Of a stretch of DNA of 64,000 nucleotides, positions 11,076 through 23,600 are shown piece after piece. The notes under the pieces were generated by a model. It searched no databases, was not told the DNA's origin, and saw only the letters and a list, made by a program, of their open reading frames with translations. The translations under genes and the position numbers were made by a program. Each line of letters begins with the position of its first letter. Positions within the stretch are counted from its first letter, which is position 1. Origin of the DNA: Camelus ferus (lineage: Eukaryota); assembly GCF_009834535.1 (NCBI RefSeq), contig NC_045697.1:18602001-18666000 (forward strand). The letters run 5' to 3'.

Positions 11076-11533
11076 CCTATCCAGTAGTTGGAAATTAGCA
11101 TTTTACCGAGTTGGACATACAGCTCTGCACAGAGTAAGGCCTCAAATCCTTATTTAAGAAATAAAACAGCATCACTGTGCTGACTGGGGGAAAACAGAGA
11201 GAGCCCAGCACCGTTGGAACCCACAGCAATTTCATCAAAACACATTTGTTCAACTTAATGTTTTAAAAAGACTGATCAAACATTCCTCTTGTATTTTTAA
11301 ACCAGCTTTCCAAGGGGGTTCAAAATAATTAATGTGTTTTTAATGTATTATACCCATTTAAAACATTTTAGGGCCCCTTGACTACTTCAACAAAAATGTA
11401 TTTACATTCATAATTTAATCTGTAATTCTGAATTAATAAACATTTGCCGAGTATCTATAATGTGGAACATGCTAGAATAAATGAGTTTCCCAGGTCTCAT
11501 TTAATCCTCAAAACCTCACTGGTCTGGAAACAG

Positions 11534-11610
11534 ACCACTTCCTAATACATTTATCTGGGGGGTTAGGATGTAACATGAGTTTGGCGGGGGGACAAATTCA
11601 GACCATAGCA
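11534..11610 (-). mobile_element. MaLR LTR end fragment
   Basis: Contains gggggttaggatgtaacatgagtttgg...acaaattcagaccatagca. Confidence 0.65.
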
Positions 11611-13224
11611 ATGAAGTCATCTGTTCACATCTCCCCATTTTCTTCAGAACGAAAACAGCCCAACATGAGCAGTAACCATCTCGGCTCTGGAACACTAAAC
11701 ACTTATCAGTGGCAAGTGTGTTATTAATTATTGTTAAGATTCCTCTCCTGATTTTTCTGCAGCTCTAACTCCAGATGAGCTGTCCAATATCAGCCACAAG
11801 GTCACATCCAAAGAAACACAGTCAAAATAGCCATTGGAGGTGCAAAATATAGACTTCTGGTTTGCATCTTTCAAAACAAAATTGGAAAGGACCAATTCAC
11901 AATCTCCCAGCAACACTCATACCTCCCAGGTCCTCCCAAGCTCAATGCTGCTGCTTCACTGCTCCTCTCACACAAAGGTTAGCAAAGACATACCCTCTTT
12001 TCCTACCCTTCTCCTCCACCTCTCTATTTTCTATTACTTAATTCCGTTTTACAAAGCAGGGGACAGGGAAGAACTGGAGCACAGGGTCATATTCATGACC
12101 ATCTCCCCCATTACACACAGAGATGTCTCTCCAATGCCACGAATAGGCCCTGACAGTGGTATAGCTCTTTTTAAACCAAAACTTGTTATTCACTTCAGTT
12201 CTATCTCCTGATGCACCCAAGAACTCAGAAAACTAGAAAGCAATTTATTCATTGGGGGGGGTTAGAATTAATGAGGTTTGGGGAGATTTTTCTAATAGAT
12301 TTAAGGCTTGTTGGTGGATTCCTGCATCCTTCTTACCAGACTTCTAGTCCATGATGCTTTTAAAAATCCTCATAACAAGTTGGAGTGAGGATTGACTCAC
12401 AGCTCTTCAGTGCCCTCTATAATATTAAGGACACTGAAATGTCCCAGAGACGCCCCAAAGTAATTTTCACTTGCAGGAAAGCATGGTGGTAGATACCGAT
12501 CTATCTATAAATGCAGAACTTTTTTTTTTAGATAGTTATGTTGTTTGGGGGATTGGATTTTTTTCAGGAGGGGGTTGTATTTTTAAAGCAGTTTTCCTTT
12601 TGCAAAGTGGCAAACTTCCTAAGATATTTTTCACTTTCAAAGTTCTTGCAACCTCTTTTGACACCCTCTGCCTGTGTCAAATGGCAAGCCCAATGGAAGT
12701 CATTTGGAAGGCAGAGGCAGATGGCAGAAAAACGGTTTCTCCCCTTAACTACGCTGTCAGGGTAATTTGTTTTCCTCACTGATGTAAAGGAAACTGTAAG
12801 AGCACTTTGCCCACTCCAAGCCTCTGAAACTGGAGTTATGAGCTCGTCTGGAGGAGGCCAGGAAAAAATAGTTTTGGGAGGGGGGTGGTTGATGCCTTTT
12901 ACTAGTGACCTGTGATACTAATTACAGAGCCTTCCTGTCTGAAGAAGACATTTATTTATATGATGATTCATGGCTATGGAAGCCAGCGTCAATAAACAGA
13001 CCATTGCAATTCAATTCTATTGCATCTCAGAATGGGATTCTTTGGATTCTCACAGGCAAATCTGATGTACTTGTAATCCGGACAAGTATTGGGTACAGAA
13101 AACAGAGCATGAGCTACCAAGACTGTTGGGGAGAAGGTAGTCTGATGGTGGTCCACCTTGGGGACTGAGGATAGAATCTTTCTGCTCCTCTGAAAAAAAA
13201 AAAAAAACAATGTATAAGAAGTCC

Positions 13225-13425
13225 TGGCTCCACCACTTATTGGCTTTAGCAGCCACCTTTAGCAAGTTCCTTATTCTCTCTGTGCCTTAGTTTCCTCATC
13301 TGTAAAATGGGGATAATCACAGTAATTACCCAACAGGGTTTTTTATGAGGTTGAAATGAGTTACTATTTATAAACCAATTAGAACAGTGTTTGGTACATA
13401 GTAAGTGCTATCTGTGTGTTTGATA
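13225..13425 (+). mobile_element. MIR SINE
   Basis: Contains ctctctgtgccttagtttcctcatctgtaaaatggggataat...agaacagtgtttggtacatagtaagtgct. Confidence 0.9.
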
Positions 13426-14736
13426 AATACACTTTGAGAAAATAATCATGTTTAATCAAATTAAGCAGCGTAATCTGAAGGTCGATCGTGCCCTGCAAAT
13501 TTGACGCTCTCATCCCTGCAGAATGAATCTGGGTGAGACACACTGAGGTCAGGGCTGAGCAGTCCTTCAGAAACAAATCAAGAAGTGGTCCGGCAGGATA
13601 CACGAGTCCAGGCATGGCCACTAGCTTTCACAGAACTGCTAACGGCCACTCAGAAACGAAGTCAGCAGACTTCAAAATTTTTTCACTCTAATACTCCTAA
13701 AAATGAATTTTTGTTAAACTTGTCTCAGTAAGAGTTGAGAAAGTCAAAACATTTCTTTCCATTCATCTTTTAGAGTAGAACCACTTTAAGGCTTTTATCT
13801 TGTTGTGTGGCTTAGATAAAATTTTGTCAAAATCTTGGCGCTTCAGATCTGGCTCTTTCAACGGATGAAAAATGTTCCTGCATATAAACCAATTGTCAAA
13901 CCAATTGGCCAAATTAGATGTATTTCTTATTTTTAAAAGTGTGACTTTATTTTTCAGTTATAGTAAGTGTCTTAATGTTCATTCTGGAGAATATTATAAA
14001 AACCACTGAAAAATAAATGATGGAAGTCATCCTGTAAAATAGATTCCTGAAAAGCAGCCAAGTTTACATTGATGTGGATTTGATAGAATTAATTTAGCAA
14101 AAATGTAAAATAGGATAATAATGCTGTTTCTCATTACTTGATTTGCAATAAAATGACATACTATTTTGCTAAAATTATTATTTATGGAGTTAGAAATATG
14201 ACAGAAGGCATAATATCCTTTCCTTAAGTGGCATGAATGTACTCATCTAACTCTGAGATGTGGTTTGGGGAATAATTAAATAAGAATTATGTTTAAATAT
14301 CAGGAAAAAATTTTATTAATTTCATTAGCCTCGTGCTCAAATTCTTCGGTTTAATGATATCACTTAATATGAAAATGATATGTATCTTTATACTATTAAA
14401 ACAAGTCAGGCCAGCACATATCAAAAATCCAAGTGTTTATTCACACGAGGAAGGAAATACATATATGATCTTATAACATCAGTTCTAACTGCCTCATGGC
14501 ACACACAGTGTCTGAAAAACAGAACCTAAAATTTCTATCTGCCGGTTTTATGTAATGTATCATGGAAATCTTAGTAACCCCAGAAAATATTCTAGTTGCA
14601 TCTGTTAAGAGTTAGCATTGTTAACTGGCCTGGACAACTCAGCTGTTGTCAGGGGGTGCTTTTTTTCACAGCTCTTTAAAGACAAGTCCTAGGAATAAGG
14701 AATCAGACTTTTCTTAAACACAAATTCTCCTAACAA

Positions 14737-14763
14737 ACACACACACACACACACACACACACA
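14737..14763. repeat. (CA)n microsatellite
   Basis: About 13 uninterrupted CA units. Confidence 0.95.
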
Positions 14764-15135
14764 AATGTTGCCATTAATAACTAAATTCAACCACAGGGGA
14801 AAAAAGGATTATAAATACCCATCCATTGGATAGTAATGGCCACTATTTTAATAAGCACTTACTATGTGCCAGTCGTTATTCAAAGTTCCTGACATATGCT
14901 AGCACTTAATTGGTCCTTACAGCAACTTCGTGAGGTGGGTCTGGTTACTATTCCTATGACCAGATAAGGAAATAGACACTCAGAGGCCACAGGACGGGCA
15001 GTTGGGGGAGGCCATGTGCAGACTCAGGATGCATGTGCCCAGAGCTCAGGTTAACTCACACATATTGCTGGCACATGACTCCATTTATTACTTCCATTCC
15101 ATAATTAACCACTATTATTGCATAATAACAACCAC

Positions 15136-15636
15136 AGTGGTAGGCAGAATAATTCATCCCTCTCACAAAGATGCCCATGTCCTAATCTCCAGAACTTGTG
15201 AATACATGGCCGGAGGGACTTGGCAGATTGATGAATTTAAGGCTCTTGAGATTACAAAAATATCCTGGGTTATCCAGGTGGGCAAAACATTATCACTAGG
15301 GGCCTTATAAGTGAAAGGGGAGGCAGGAGAATGAATGTTAGAGGAGATGTGACGATAGAATGAGAGGTCAGAGTGACGTGATTGCTGACTTTGAAAATGG
15401 AGGAAGGAGCCACCAGCCAAGGCATGCAGGCAGCCTCTAGAAGCCAGAAAAGGCAAGAAAACAGATCCTCCCCTTGAGCGCTCAGAAAGGAACACAACCC
15501 TGCCAGCATTTTGATTTTAGCTACATGAGACCCATGTCAGGCTTCTGACCTCTTGAACTGTAAAATAATACATTTTTGATGGTTTAAACCTCTAAGTTTG
15601 TGGTAAGTTATGACAGAAGCAAAGGAAACTGAAACA
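15136..15636 (+). mobile_element. MaLR solo LTR (MLT1D-like), near full length
   Basis: Starts gtggtaggcagaataat...aaagatgcccatgtcctaatctccagaac and ends ctaagtttgtggtaagtta...ggaaactgaaaca. Confidence 0.9.
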
Positions 15637-16820
15637 ATCTCCAAAGTACTATTAAAAGCCATTGATCAGAGGAGCGTATGAGCATTTAAAAACCATTTTA
15701 TACAAGCTGATCATAGCAACATGCTTGCTGCCCAAATAAAACCAGGAAACACATTGAGCAGCTAAGAAGCAACAAACAAGTTCTTGCTTCCGTATTGAAA
15801 ATGAAGGTGCCTCTTATCTCAGTTTTGGAACAAGTAAAGATTATCCACAGAGGCTCTTTCTCATTTTTACTTTTACGAAACCGACTTTGGTGGTGCTTTG
15901 AAATTTTCCCCTTTTTCTTTGTTTCAGTGTCAATTTTTTACTTGAAGATTTTTTCAAAACTTTCCCTTCCTGAATATTTTCCACTGTGTTTGAGCCCTAA
16001 CTCTACCATTTAAGTCTCTCCAGAACACTAGCATTATTATAATTGCTAGTATAATAAATCATGTAACTATTACCCTGTGTTCAAAGTAAGCACCTTCTCA
16101 GCTCTAACGTAATTGCTCTTTCTGCCGACGGATGGTCTTCACGGTCCTCTTGGAGCTCAGCTGCGCACAGTAGCCAGAGGGAGCTTTTTACCCCAGAAAT
16201 CTGACAGTGTCATTCCTGTGCTCACATTCTTCCCCCAGCCCGGATTATGCTCAGAATGAAGAGCAGGCTGCTAAGCCTGGCATCCAGATCCCCTCTGATC
16301 TGCCCCCTCGACGGCTGCCACCCAGCTTCACTTGGAGTCTCTCGCCCACACTCTCCCATGCTCCAGCCCTACCAAGCTGTCCAGAGACCCGGCAGATTCT
16401 CTCAAGCCTCTGTACCTGCAGCTTCTGCTTCCTTTACCTACAGCAAAAGCTGTTCCCTTTTCCATCAGACTAATTTTGTCTCCTCCTTCCTCAGACTAAC
16501 TGTGTCTCTTTCCTTAGCTCAATGATACATCCAGTTGTCCCAGCATCACCAGTAACAGCACTTGGCAGACACACAGGTGTGGGTCCAGAACATCCTTCCT
16601 GTTTATTTTCGAGTTACAGTTTCCTGTGTCATCCGTCTCTAATTTTTTGGCTGCATACTGACCTACCCACCTCCGTTCTCTGGCTTTTCGACCTTGACCT
16701 TCCCAACAGGGCAGCTGACACTATGATAATTACTCCTATGAACCTGTTACTATTTGCAGCCCCAGGTAAGAGACTCTCCCAGAGGTTTCAGCCTCAGCGT
16801 ATAACCACCCCACCACTACT

Positions 16821-16850
16821 ACACACACACACACACGCACGCACGCACAC
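16821..16850. repeat. (CA)n/(CGCA)n compound microsatellite
   Basis: acacacacacacacacgcacgcacgcacac is directly visible. Confidence 0.9.
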
Positions 16851-17897
16851 ATGCATGTATGTGCATTTACCTCAGATGAGAACACACTAAGGGAGACTGA
16901 TAAAATACCAATAAAAGATACTATTGAGCACTTACAGCACACAAGGCATTGTGTTAAGCACTTTGTTTCTCTAATTAAAAAAAAAAAATCACCTGTAAAG
17001 CAGGTACTATTTTGTCCCCATTGAAAGATGAGGAAGCTAAGCCCATTAAGGTGAAACAACACGTCCACTGCCACACAGCCTTCTAGTGATGGAGCTGCTA
17101 GTTCGCATGACTTCAGAGAGCTCGGCTGATTGATCACCCCCAACACAATTTTTCTGATCCTTGTGGACCCCCACTCACCTCCACAACACCTCCAAGTACT
17201 GCTCAGAGCTACCAAAGTTATCTTTGCATTTAATTCACTGGATTCTAAGTGTGTGGACCTGAGTGTCTCCCTAGGAGACATGAGCTCCTCAGAATGGGGA
17301 GTATGTCTTTCAAACTCGAACACACAAAAGAAGCCCCCAAAAAAGTCTTCCTAAACAAGTAGCTATTATCAGAGGTCCCAAAACATATCTGTTCCTCGAG
17401 CTTTTTGCAAATCCTCCAAACTACACTGACGCCTGTACCTACCAGGGAGCGAGTGAGGTACTAAATTTCAGTCTCCCACAAACCCTCTCAGCTCAGGTCC
17501 CTGTACAACTATGAGTTCTCTTTCTGAGCTGATTTTTAACTGCCTTCTCAGGTTGATATTACAAGTCATTCAAAATCTCTTGGGAAATAGAAGTGAGTTT
17601 TATTTGTAAATGGATGCATGTGGATGTGAAAGTTGAATAAAATCTTAGGAAAGTAAAATTTAAAAGCTGAAAGAATCCATGGGGTCAGCTGTTTCTCTTC
17701 TCCCCTTTTGCAGACAAGAACTAAGCTCTATACCAAACTTAAAACTTGGTCCCTGAATATGTTTTGTGTTTGGCTCACATGACTTCTTTTTTTTAGTTGA
17801 GTCAATATTGTTCAAGCATGTGCTTATACAGCAAGAAAGAGAGAAAGAGTTCTGTTGGTTCTGGTTCTGTTGGAATATTGAAATATCTGACAGCCTT

Positions 17898-18390
17898 TAT
17901 GAATATACCAAGAGAAATAAAAACATCTGTCTTCACAAAACTTGTACATAAGTGTTCACAGCACCATTACTCATAATAGCCCCAGAGTAGAAACTGTCCG
18001 AGCGTCCATCAATTGATGAATGGATTCATGATTGCGGTAGATCTATACAACGGACTTTTATTCAGTGATAAAAAGGAAGGAAGTACTGATACACACTGCA
18101 ACAAGGATGAACCTTGAAACACTACACTGAATGAAGGAAGCAGGTCACAACAGGCCAAATGTTGTATGATTCTATTCACATGAAACGTCCAGAATAGACA
18201 GATCTGTAGAGACAGGAAGTAGATTAGTAGTTGCGTGGGGCTGGGGGAAAGCAGGAATAGGGAGTAACTGCTAAATGGGTATGGGGTTTCTTTTTGGAGT
18301 GATGAAAATGTTCTACAATTGGTTGTGGAAATGGTTGCACAACTCAGCAAATATACTAAAAAAAAAAAAAAAAACTGAAGTGTTTAAAAC
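17898..18390 (+). mobile_element. Old L1 (L1MB-like) 3' fragment
   Basis: Contains caaaaacttgtacataagtgttcacagc, gaagtactgatacacactgcaacaaggatgaaccttgaaac and gggtttctttttggagtgatgaaaatgttct. Confidence 0.88.
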
Positions 18391-20904
18391 ATATATACAT
18401 AGACACATGCATGTGTTGATATATATGGAGCTACACAGCGTAGTGGGTGTTACTGGCTGCCCCTGAGTAACGGCTGCCCCTTTAAATGAAGCTTGCTTCG
18501 TCCAGTTCTCCACAATCTCCACTTCTTCCCATCCTCAGCTCTAAGCTTGCCCACTTCACTCAACTATGTTTTCTGCCTGGCCTGGGTCTTTGAATTTTTG
18601 GCTTTTGGTCAAGACCACCGTGGAATCTCCAAGCTGGAAAAGATGTCACCAGTCTGACCTCCCCACAAAAGAGGACAAAAGGAGTCCTCATTCGCATCCC
18701 AGGTGTCCTCTTCTTCAATGTCATCCTCCACTTGACCTCTCTCAGGGAGGAGCTTTCCCTGCAGGGCAGGGCCACCACCACTGTTGTCACTATTGTCAGC
18801 ACCATCAGCAACATTTAGGGAGTGATTCAGGATTTACAAAATGCTTTAAATGCTTTATCTTGCGTGATCACCATAACAAACCTGAGAATTACTTACTGTC
18901 ATCCACATTTTACAGGTGGGCACATGGAAATATTGGGTCACCTGTCTGAGGAAGTGGAATTCAGGCTCAGATTTTCTGACTTCAATTCCATGTCTTTTTA
19001 GTACAAAATATGCCAAAATACATAAAAGTACCAAATCACGTAACAGACATTACCTCCCCCTGAGATTACAGAGATGTCAGTTTTTGCCTCATTTGCTTCA
19101 GAGCTCCCCCATCTCTCTCCACTGTGTCACTGATGTCACAGTGTTCTTTATCCTGTGCCGGGATCTGCTATCCTGGAGAGGACCGGATCACCCCACGGCA
19201 GGGTGCAGAGTTAAGTACAATCCCTGCATCATGGAGGGCCATTTTCCTTCATTTTAAATTGATTCAAAGTAATTGTTTGGAAAAGAAAGAGGACCCCAAG
19301 GGAAGAATGATATAGAAATATTTGATCAATATTCTTAACATCTGCCATCCATAACAATCTCTCCCTCTCTCTTTTTGTCTAACAACTGGTAACCCTCCTT
19401 TCAAAAACACTATGAGCTTGGCCCCATTGTTTTGTTATTCTGCAGTACAACTGTGTCAAATAAGTGGACTTTAATTGAGGTGGGTATGGGAAAGCTGGTG
19501 GAGAAGCCAATGGTTTGGATGTGCTGGAATCTACTAGCAGCTGTGGAAACAGCATGATGCACAGCAGAAGAATCAGAAGCCTTCCCGACCCTACCACACA
19601 TTGGCTGTCGCACAGACAACAGCCTCCTTTCCATCAACTGTAAAATGGAGATAAGAACACAGGCTGGATCCCTGTTAACTCCTGCCCTAGCCCGGTCCAG
19701 ATGAGCTCTACCACCCAGCACAGCTAAGGCAGAATCAGCCTATGCCCAGAAAATCGACTCATTTCATGAGCTGAATACAATCAGAGGGCTGAGGAGCCAG
19801 CTCAAGATGAGTCATTTGGCTCAAGAGATGATTGTCAGTGGTCCTAGCAACACACTCCACCGCCAATAGCCATTTCATTTGATCTCTGCGATAATGCTCA
19901 AACCACAGATTTCCTGGGCCTGCAGCCTCCCAGGAAATGGAAGCCAAACAGCAGATGATTCATATTTCCTCTAAAGTAGCAAAAGAAAAGCTACCTGCTG
20001 CAGAAATCGCCATCAGCCTTGCAAGGCCTAAGCTGCTCCCTCCGTTTCCTCGGCTGATGGGCGTGACTTCCCTGGGGCCCAGGGGCTGCCTGTTCTAACT
20101 GGTTTTCTCTCTAAAGAGAGAGAAGGAAAAGAAGAGAGAGAAAGAGAAGAGGAGAGGGGTGGAGACTTGACAATAACATTTATTAAGTGCCCATTGTGAG
20201 CTGAGCTGGGCCTGACTCCATCCGCTAGCTTTCGTCTATCCTATCTCATGTAATTTCCCCACAATCAGCTGCTCCCTGCTGTACCATACACTTCTTAGCC
20301 ACTGCCTGCTGCCCTCACTAAATGGTAAGCTCCAGGAAGGCAGACTTTATTCAGCTCATTGCTGTATCTCCAGTTTCCAGAACTAGGACATAATAACATA
20401 CAACAATTATAGGTAAAACTTATACCAGACACTGTTCTAAGTACTTTCACGTAGCAACTCTAGCAAAGAAGAAGAATGGTAGGTAGCATTTATCTTGTGC
20501 CAGATGCTATTCTACTTTCAGACATTAAGTCAAGTATTTCTCTTTTTTTTTTTCTGTCAATTATTTCTCATAACAACCCTATGATGGAAAAACTACTCTC
20601 TACTTTCCAGATGATGAAACTGAGACAGAGAAAAAAAAATGGGCTTGCCTGTTCCCCTACAGCTAAAGAGCTATGAAACCAGGATTTGAATCCAGGCCAC
20701 CAGCCTTTGATTTTAACCATGATGTTATTCTGCCTCTCTCCTGGTGGATACTCTGTAAGCATTTGTTAAGTGAATAATCACACCCATTTTGCAGATTCAG
20801 ACACTCAGCTTCACACTGAAGTCCCACAGCTTGTAGGGCCAGCTGAGGTCCCAACTAAGAACTGTCTGATCACAAACTACCACAATCACAGCCTGTAGCA
20901 TTCT

Positions 20905-21106
20905 TTTTAAAAAAAAAAATTATGATGAAATACACATAACATAAAATTGTACTACGTTATGGTACTGTAGCCACTTTCAAGCGTCTAGGTCTGTGGCATT
21001 AGAGATACTCACATTGTCATGTGACCATCATCACCATCCATCTCCGGAACTTTTGCATCTTCCCCAACTGAAACTCTGTACCCATTAAACACTAATTCCC
21101 TTTTCC
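20905..21106 (-). mobile_element. Old L1 (L1MB-like) 3' end
   Basis: Contains aaatacacataacataaaatt...catcaccatccatctccggaactttt...ctgaaactctgtacccattaaac. Confidence 0.85.
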
Positions 21107-21419
21107 TATAAAATTCTTAACAAGGAGGAATGTGGCCAGGGTTAGATGCTGGAAGGGAAGTCAGCCATGTGGAATGATTCGAGAGGAACAGATAAGGATT
21201 ACTACCCTTGAAATTTGCTCTTCTGTTGGCAGTTATAAATTCCAACATTCTACCACCAACTAATCATTCATTCTTGTGGGTTTTTTTTTTTTTTTTAATT
21301 TTGAGGCCCCCCCAAAGTGGGGTGAGGACATCAAGCTGCTTTCAACAGAAGTATGTGGAGGCATCCAGGGAGGGCTCAAAGGGAAGACTAGGAGGCTGCA
21401 CTGCAAAACTCCCTCCCCT

Positions 21420-21647
21420 GAGTTTGGGATTAACAGATGCACACTATTGTATGTAAAATAGATAAACAACAAAGACCTACTGTATAGCACAGCGAATTAT
21501 ATTCAGTATCTTGTAATAACCTATAATGGAAAAGAATATATATGTATAACTAAATCACTACACTATACACCAGAAACTAGCACTTCCATTTTAAAAAAGA
21601 GAGAGAACACAGCATTGTAAATCAACTATACTTCAATTAAAAAAAAA
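21420..21647 (+). mobile_element. Artiodactyl-type L1 3' end inserted in an L2 fossil
   Basis: Contains gagtttgggattaacagatgcacact...gacctactgtatagcacag...gtaaatcaactatacttcaattaaaa, with L2-like sequence on both sides. Confidence 0.85.
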
Positions 21648-22289
21648 GTGACTGTGGGAACAGAATCATCAGGACTCAATGATTACAGGGAGAGAGAGGG
21701 TCACAAATGATGCCTGGATTTCTAGTCTGAATAAGGGAATGGGTGATGGTTACCAGTCACCCACTCACTAACATAAAGGGCCCTAGGAAAGGTGCTGTGT
21801 GGGGTGGGAAGTTAATCAGTTTCATTGTGGACAAGTTCAATTGAGGGTCTTGTGAAACACTCAAGGGAAGATGCCAAGGAGTACAGGGGAAGGGAACCAA
21901 AGGTCCTGCTGGTATGATTCTCCCCTCTTCTATATGCGGGGGTTAGACAGGGAGAGGAAAGGATGATAAAAGGACAGGTTAACTGCTAGCTAACAGGTAT
22001 CCACTAACACACACCACACACACACACTATATATATATGAATATTTATAAAATATACACACATGTCAGAACGGAACACAGGACAGTGTTGCTGTGTGACA
22101 ATTCTAGGTCAGCAGAGTTTGAAGGTCTAAAGTGACCCTGCAGGGGATGGAAAGGCAGGATGCAGAAAATTCCTGGAACAAGCCTTCTAATTCCAATCTG
22201 ATGCTGTTTATAAATTTCCTGATCACAGACACTTTTATTTCTACATCAGCAGTTCTGGCACAGCCTTGCACCATTCCAAATCCTGGCAA

Positions 22290-22450
22290 GTGGTTTCCTT
22301 TTGGGGTGATGAAAATGTTCTGGAATCAGATAGTGGTGATGATCACACAACCTTGGGAACATGCTAAAAACCACTGAATGGTACATTTTTAAAGGTGTAT
22401 TTTATGGTCTGTGAATTATATCTCAATAAAGAGAATTCTTAATAAAAAAA
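22290..22450 (+). mobile_element. Old L1 (L1MB/ME-like) terminal fragment
   Basis: Contains ttttggggtgatgaaaatgttctggaa...gtgaattatatctcaataaag. Confidence 0.85.
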
Positions 22451-22861
22451 TACACACAAAAATCTGGGCCAGGATCATTTAGTCACAGTGATTCTGCTAC
22501 TCTTTTGTAAATGTTTCTGGTCCGGCCGGTGCCCTGTGATTTATTTTTTCAGTGACTGAGGATGGTACCTTCCACCCTCCAGGAGCCTTTCCACACCCAG
22601 TTCTGATGGTTCTCATTTCTCTCCCCAACCTCAAGGGCAGAGCCTAGAGACCTGGCAGTTGCTGCATTTGCTATTGCAGAACTTAAATTGTTGTAAGGAA
22701 AGTAGCATTTTGAATGAAGTTAGTAAAGCCCTTGGAAATATATTTTTACATTCCAAGTGACAAAACATAACTTCAAGTGAGGAAGATATTGTTGACATTT
22801 TATTCAGCTTATCTCCTTAGCTATGTTTAGGTGCTATGCTTAATGCTTTACAGACTTTCTT

Positions 22862-23042
22862 GTTTTTATTTTCATTTTTTTATTGAAGTAGAGTTGATTG
22901 ACAATGTTGCGTTAATTTCTGGTGTACAGCACAGTGATTCAGTTATACATGTAAATATTCCTTTTCATATTCTTTTTCATTATAGGTTATTACAAGCTAA
23001 TGAATATAGCTCCCTGTGCTAGACAGTAGGACTATAGTAGTT
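22862..23042 (-). mobile_element. L1 3' end forming the 3' half of a U6/L1 chimeric retrocopy
   Basis: Minus strand reads GTCCTACTGTCTAGCACAGGGAGCTATATTC...CTGAATCACTGTGCTGTACACCAGAAATTAAC...CTTCAATAAAAAAA. Shares the TSD cagactttctt (22851-22861 and 23130-23140) with the U6 part. Confidence 0.92.
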
Positions 23043-23129
23043 AAGAAATATGGAACACTTCATGAATTTGGATGGCATATTTGCACAGGATCATTCCAAT
23101 TTTAGTATATGTGCAGCGGAAGCAAGCGC
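23043..23129 (-). pseudogene. RNU6: U6 snRNA retropseudogene with a 21-nt internal deletion (U6 nt 41-61)
   Basis: Minus strand reads GCGCTTGCTTCCGCTGCACATATACTAAAATTGGAATGAT|CCTGTGCAAATATGCCATCCAAATTCATGAAGTGTTCCATATTTCTT, which aligns to U6 nt 1-40 and nt 62 to the end. Confidence 0.95.
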
Positions 23130-23140
23130 CAGACTTTCTT

Positions 23141-23290
23141 TAATCATCATAGCAACTCTTTGAAAAAGGTAGTCTTAGACCGTGAGGAAGTTGAGGCATA
23201 GAAAGATGAGTAACTTCACTGAGGTCCACAGCCAGTGGCAGAGCCCAGATTTGAACCCAGGCAATGGAATCCAGTACCTCTGTACCATGT
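23141..23290 (-). mobile_element. MIR SINE hosting the U6/L1 insertion (other part ~22825-22850)
   Basis: Contains gaggaagttgaggcatagaaagatgagtaactt...gtggcagagcccagatttgaacccaggca. Confidence 0.8.
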
Positions 23291-23319
23291 CTCCTCCCAC
23301 ATAACAGGTGCCCAGAATC

Positions 23320-23600
23320 ACTTTATTCTCCTCACTCTCATCTTCAGGTCTCAGCTTAGACATTGTTTCATCTCAGAACCGTTCTTGACCCCTTGATCAA
23401 GTGCCCCTCCTCCGTGGCTCTCTAGTGCTTGCATTTCTCCTCTCACACGATTTACCCCACTAAGGCCATCATTGCCTATTTACTAAGCTGTACCGATGAC
23501 AAGTGGTGTGAGGGCAGAAATCACGTGCACCTCATTCTCTGATCTATCCCCAGGGCCTGGCATATGGATGGTTTTCCAAAATGAAGTTGAATGAATGCAT
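23320..23600 (+). mobile_element. L2 3' fragment
   Basis: Contains tcttcaggtctcagcttagac...tatccccagggcctggca...gttgaatgaatg. Confidence 0.7.

Noticed and set aside
13660..14525. AT-rich block possibly from an old hAT/Charlie transposon (similar suspicion at ~53500-53760 and ~61040-61720)
   Set aside because: Too degenerate to assign by eye. It needs a Dfam HMM search.
16736..17323. Longest ORF (195 aa, minus strand)
   Set aside because: It runs through a MIR and a (CA)n microsatellite, has no recognisable domain and shows no splice structure.
21282..21419. Poly(T)-headed segment resembling a processed pseudogene 3' end fused to L1
   Set aside because: The sequence gggaagactaggaggctgcactgca resembles L2, L2 continues after the L1 at ~21650, and there is no TSD.
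23043..23129. Functional U6 snRNA gene
   Set aside because: The catalytic core is deleted, there are many substitutions, it is fused to L1 and TSD-flanked, and the upstream sequence is MIR rather than a PSE/TATA promoter.
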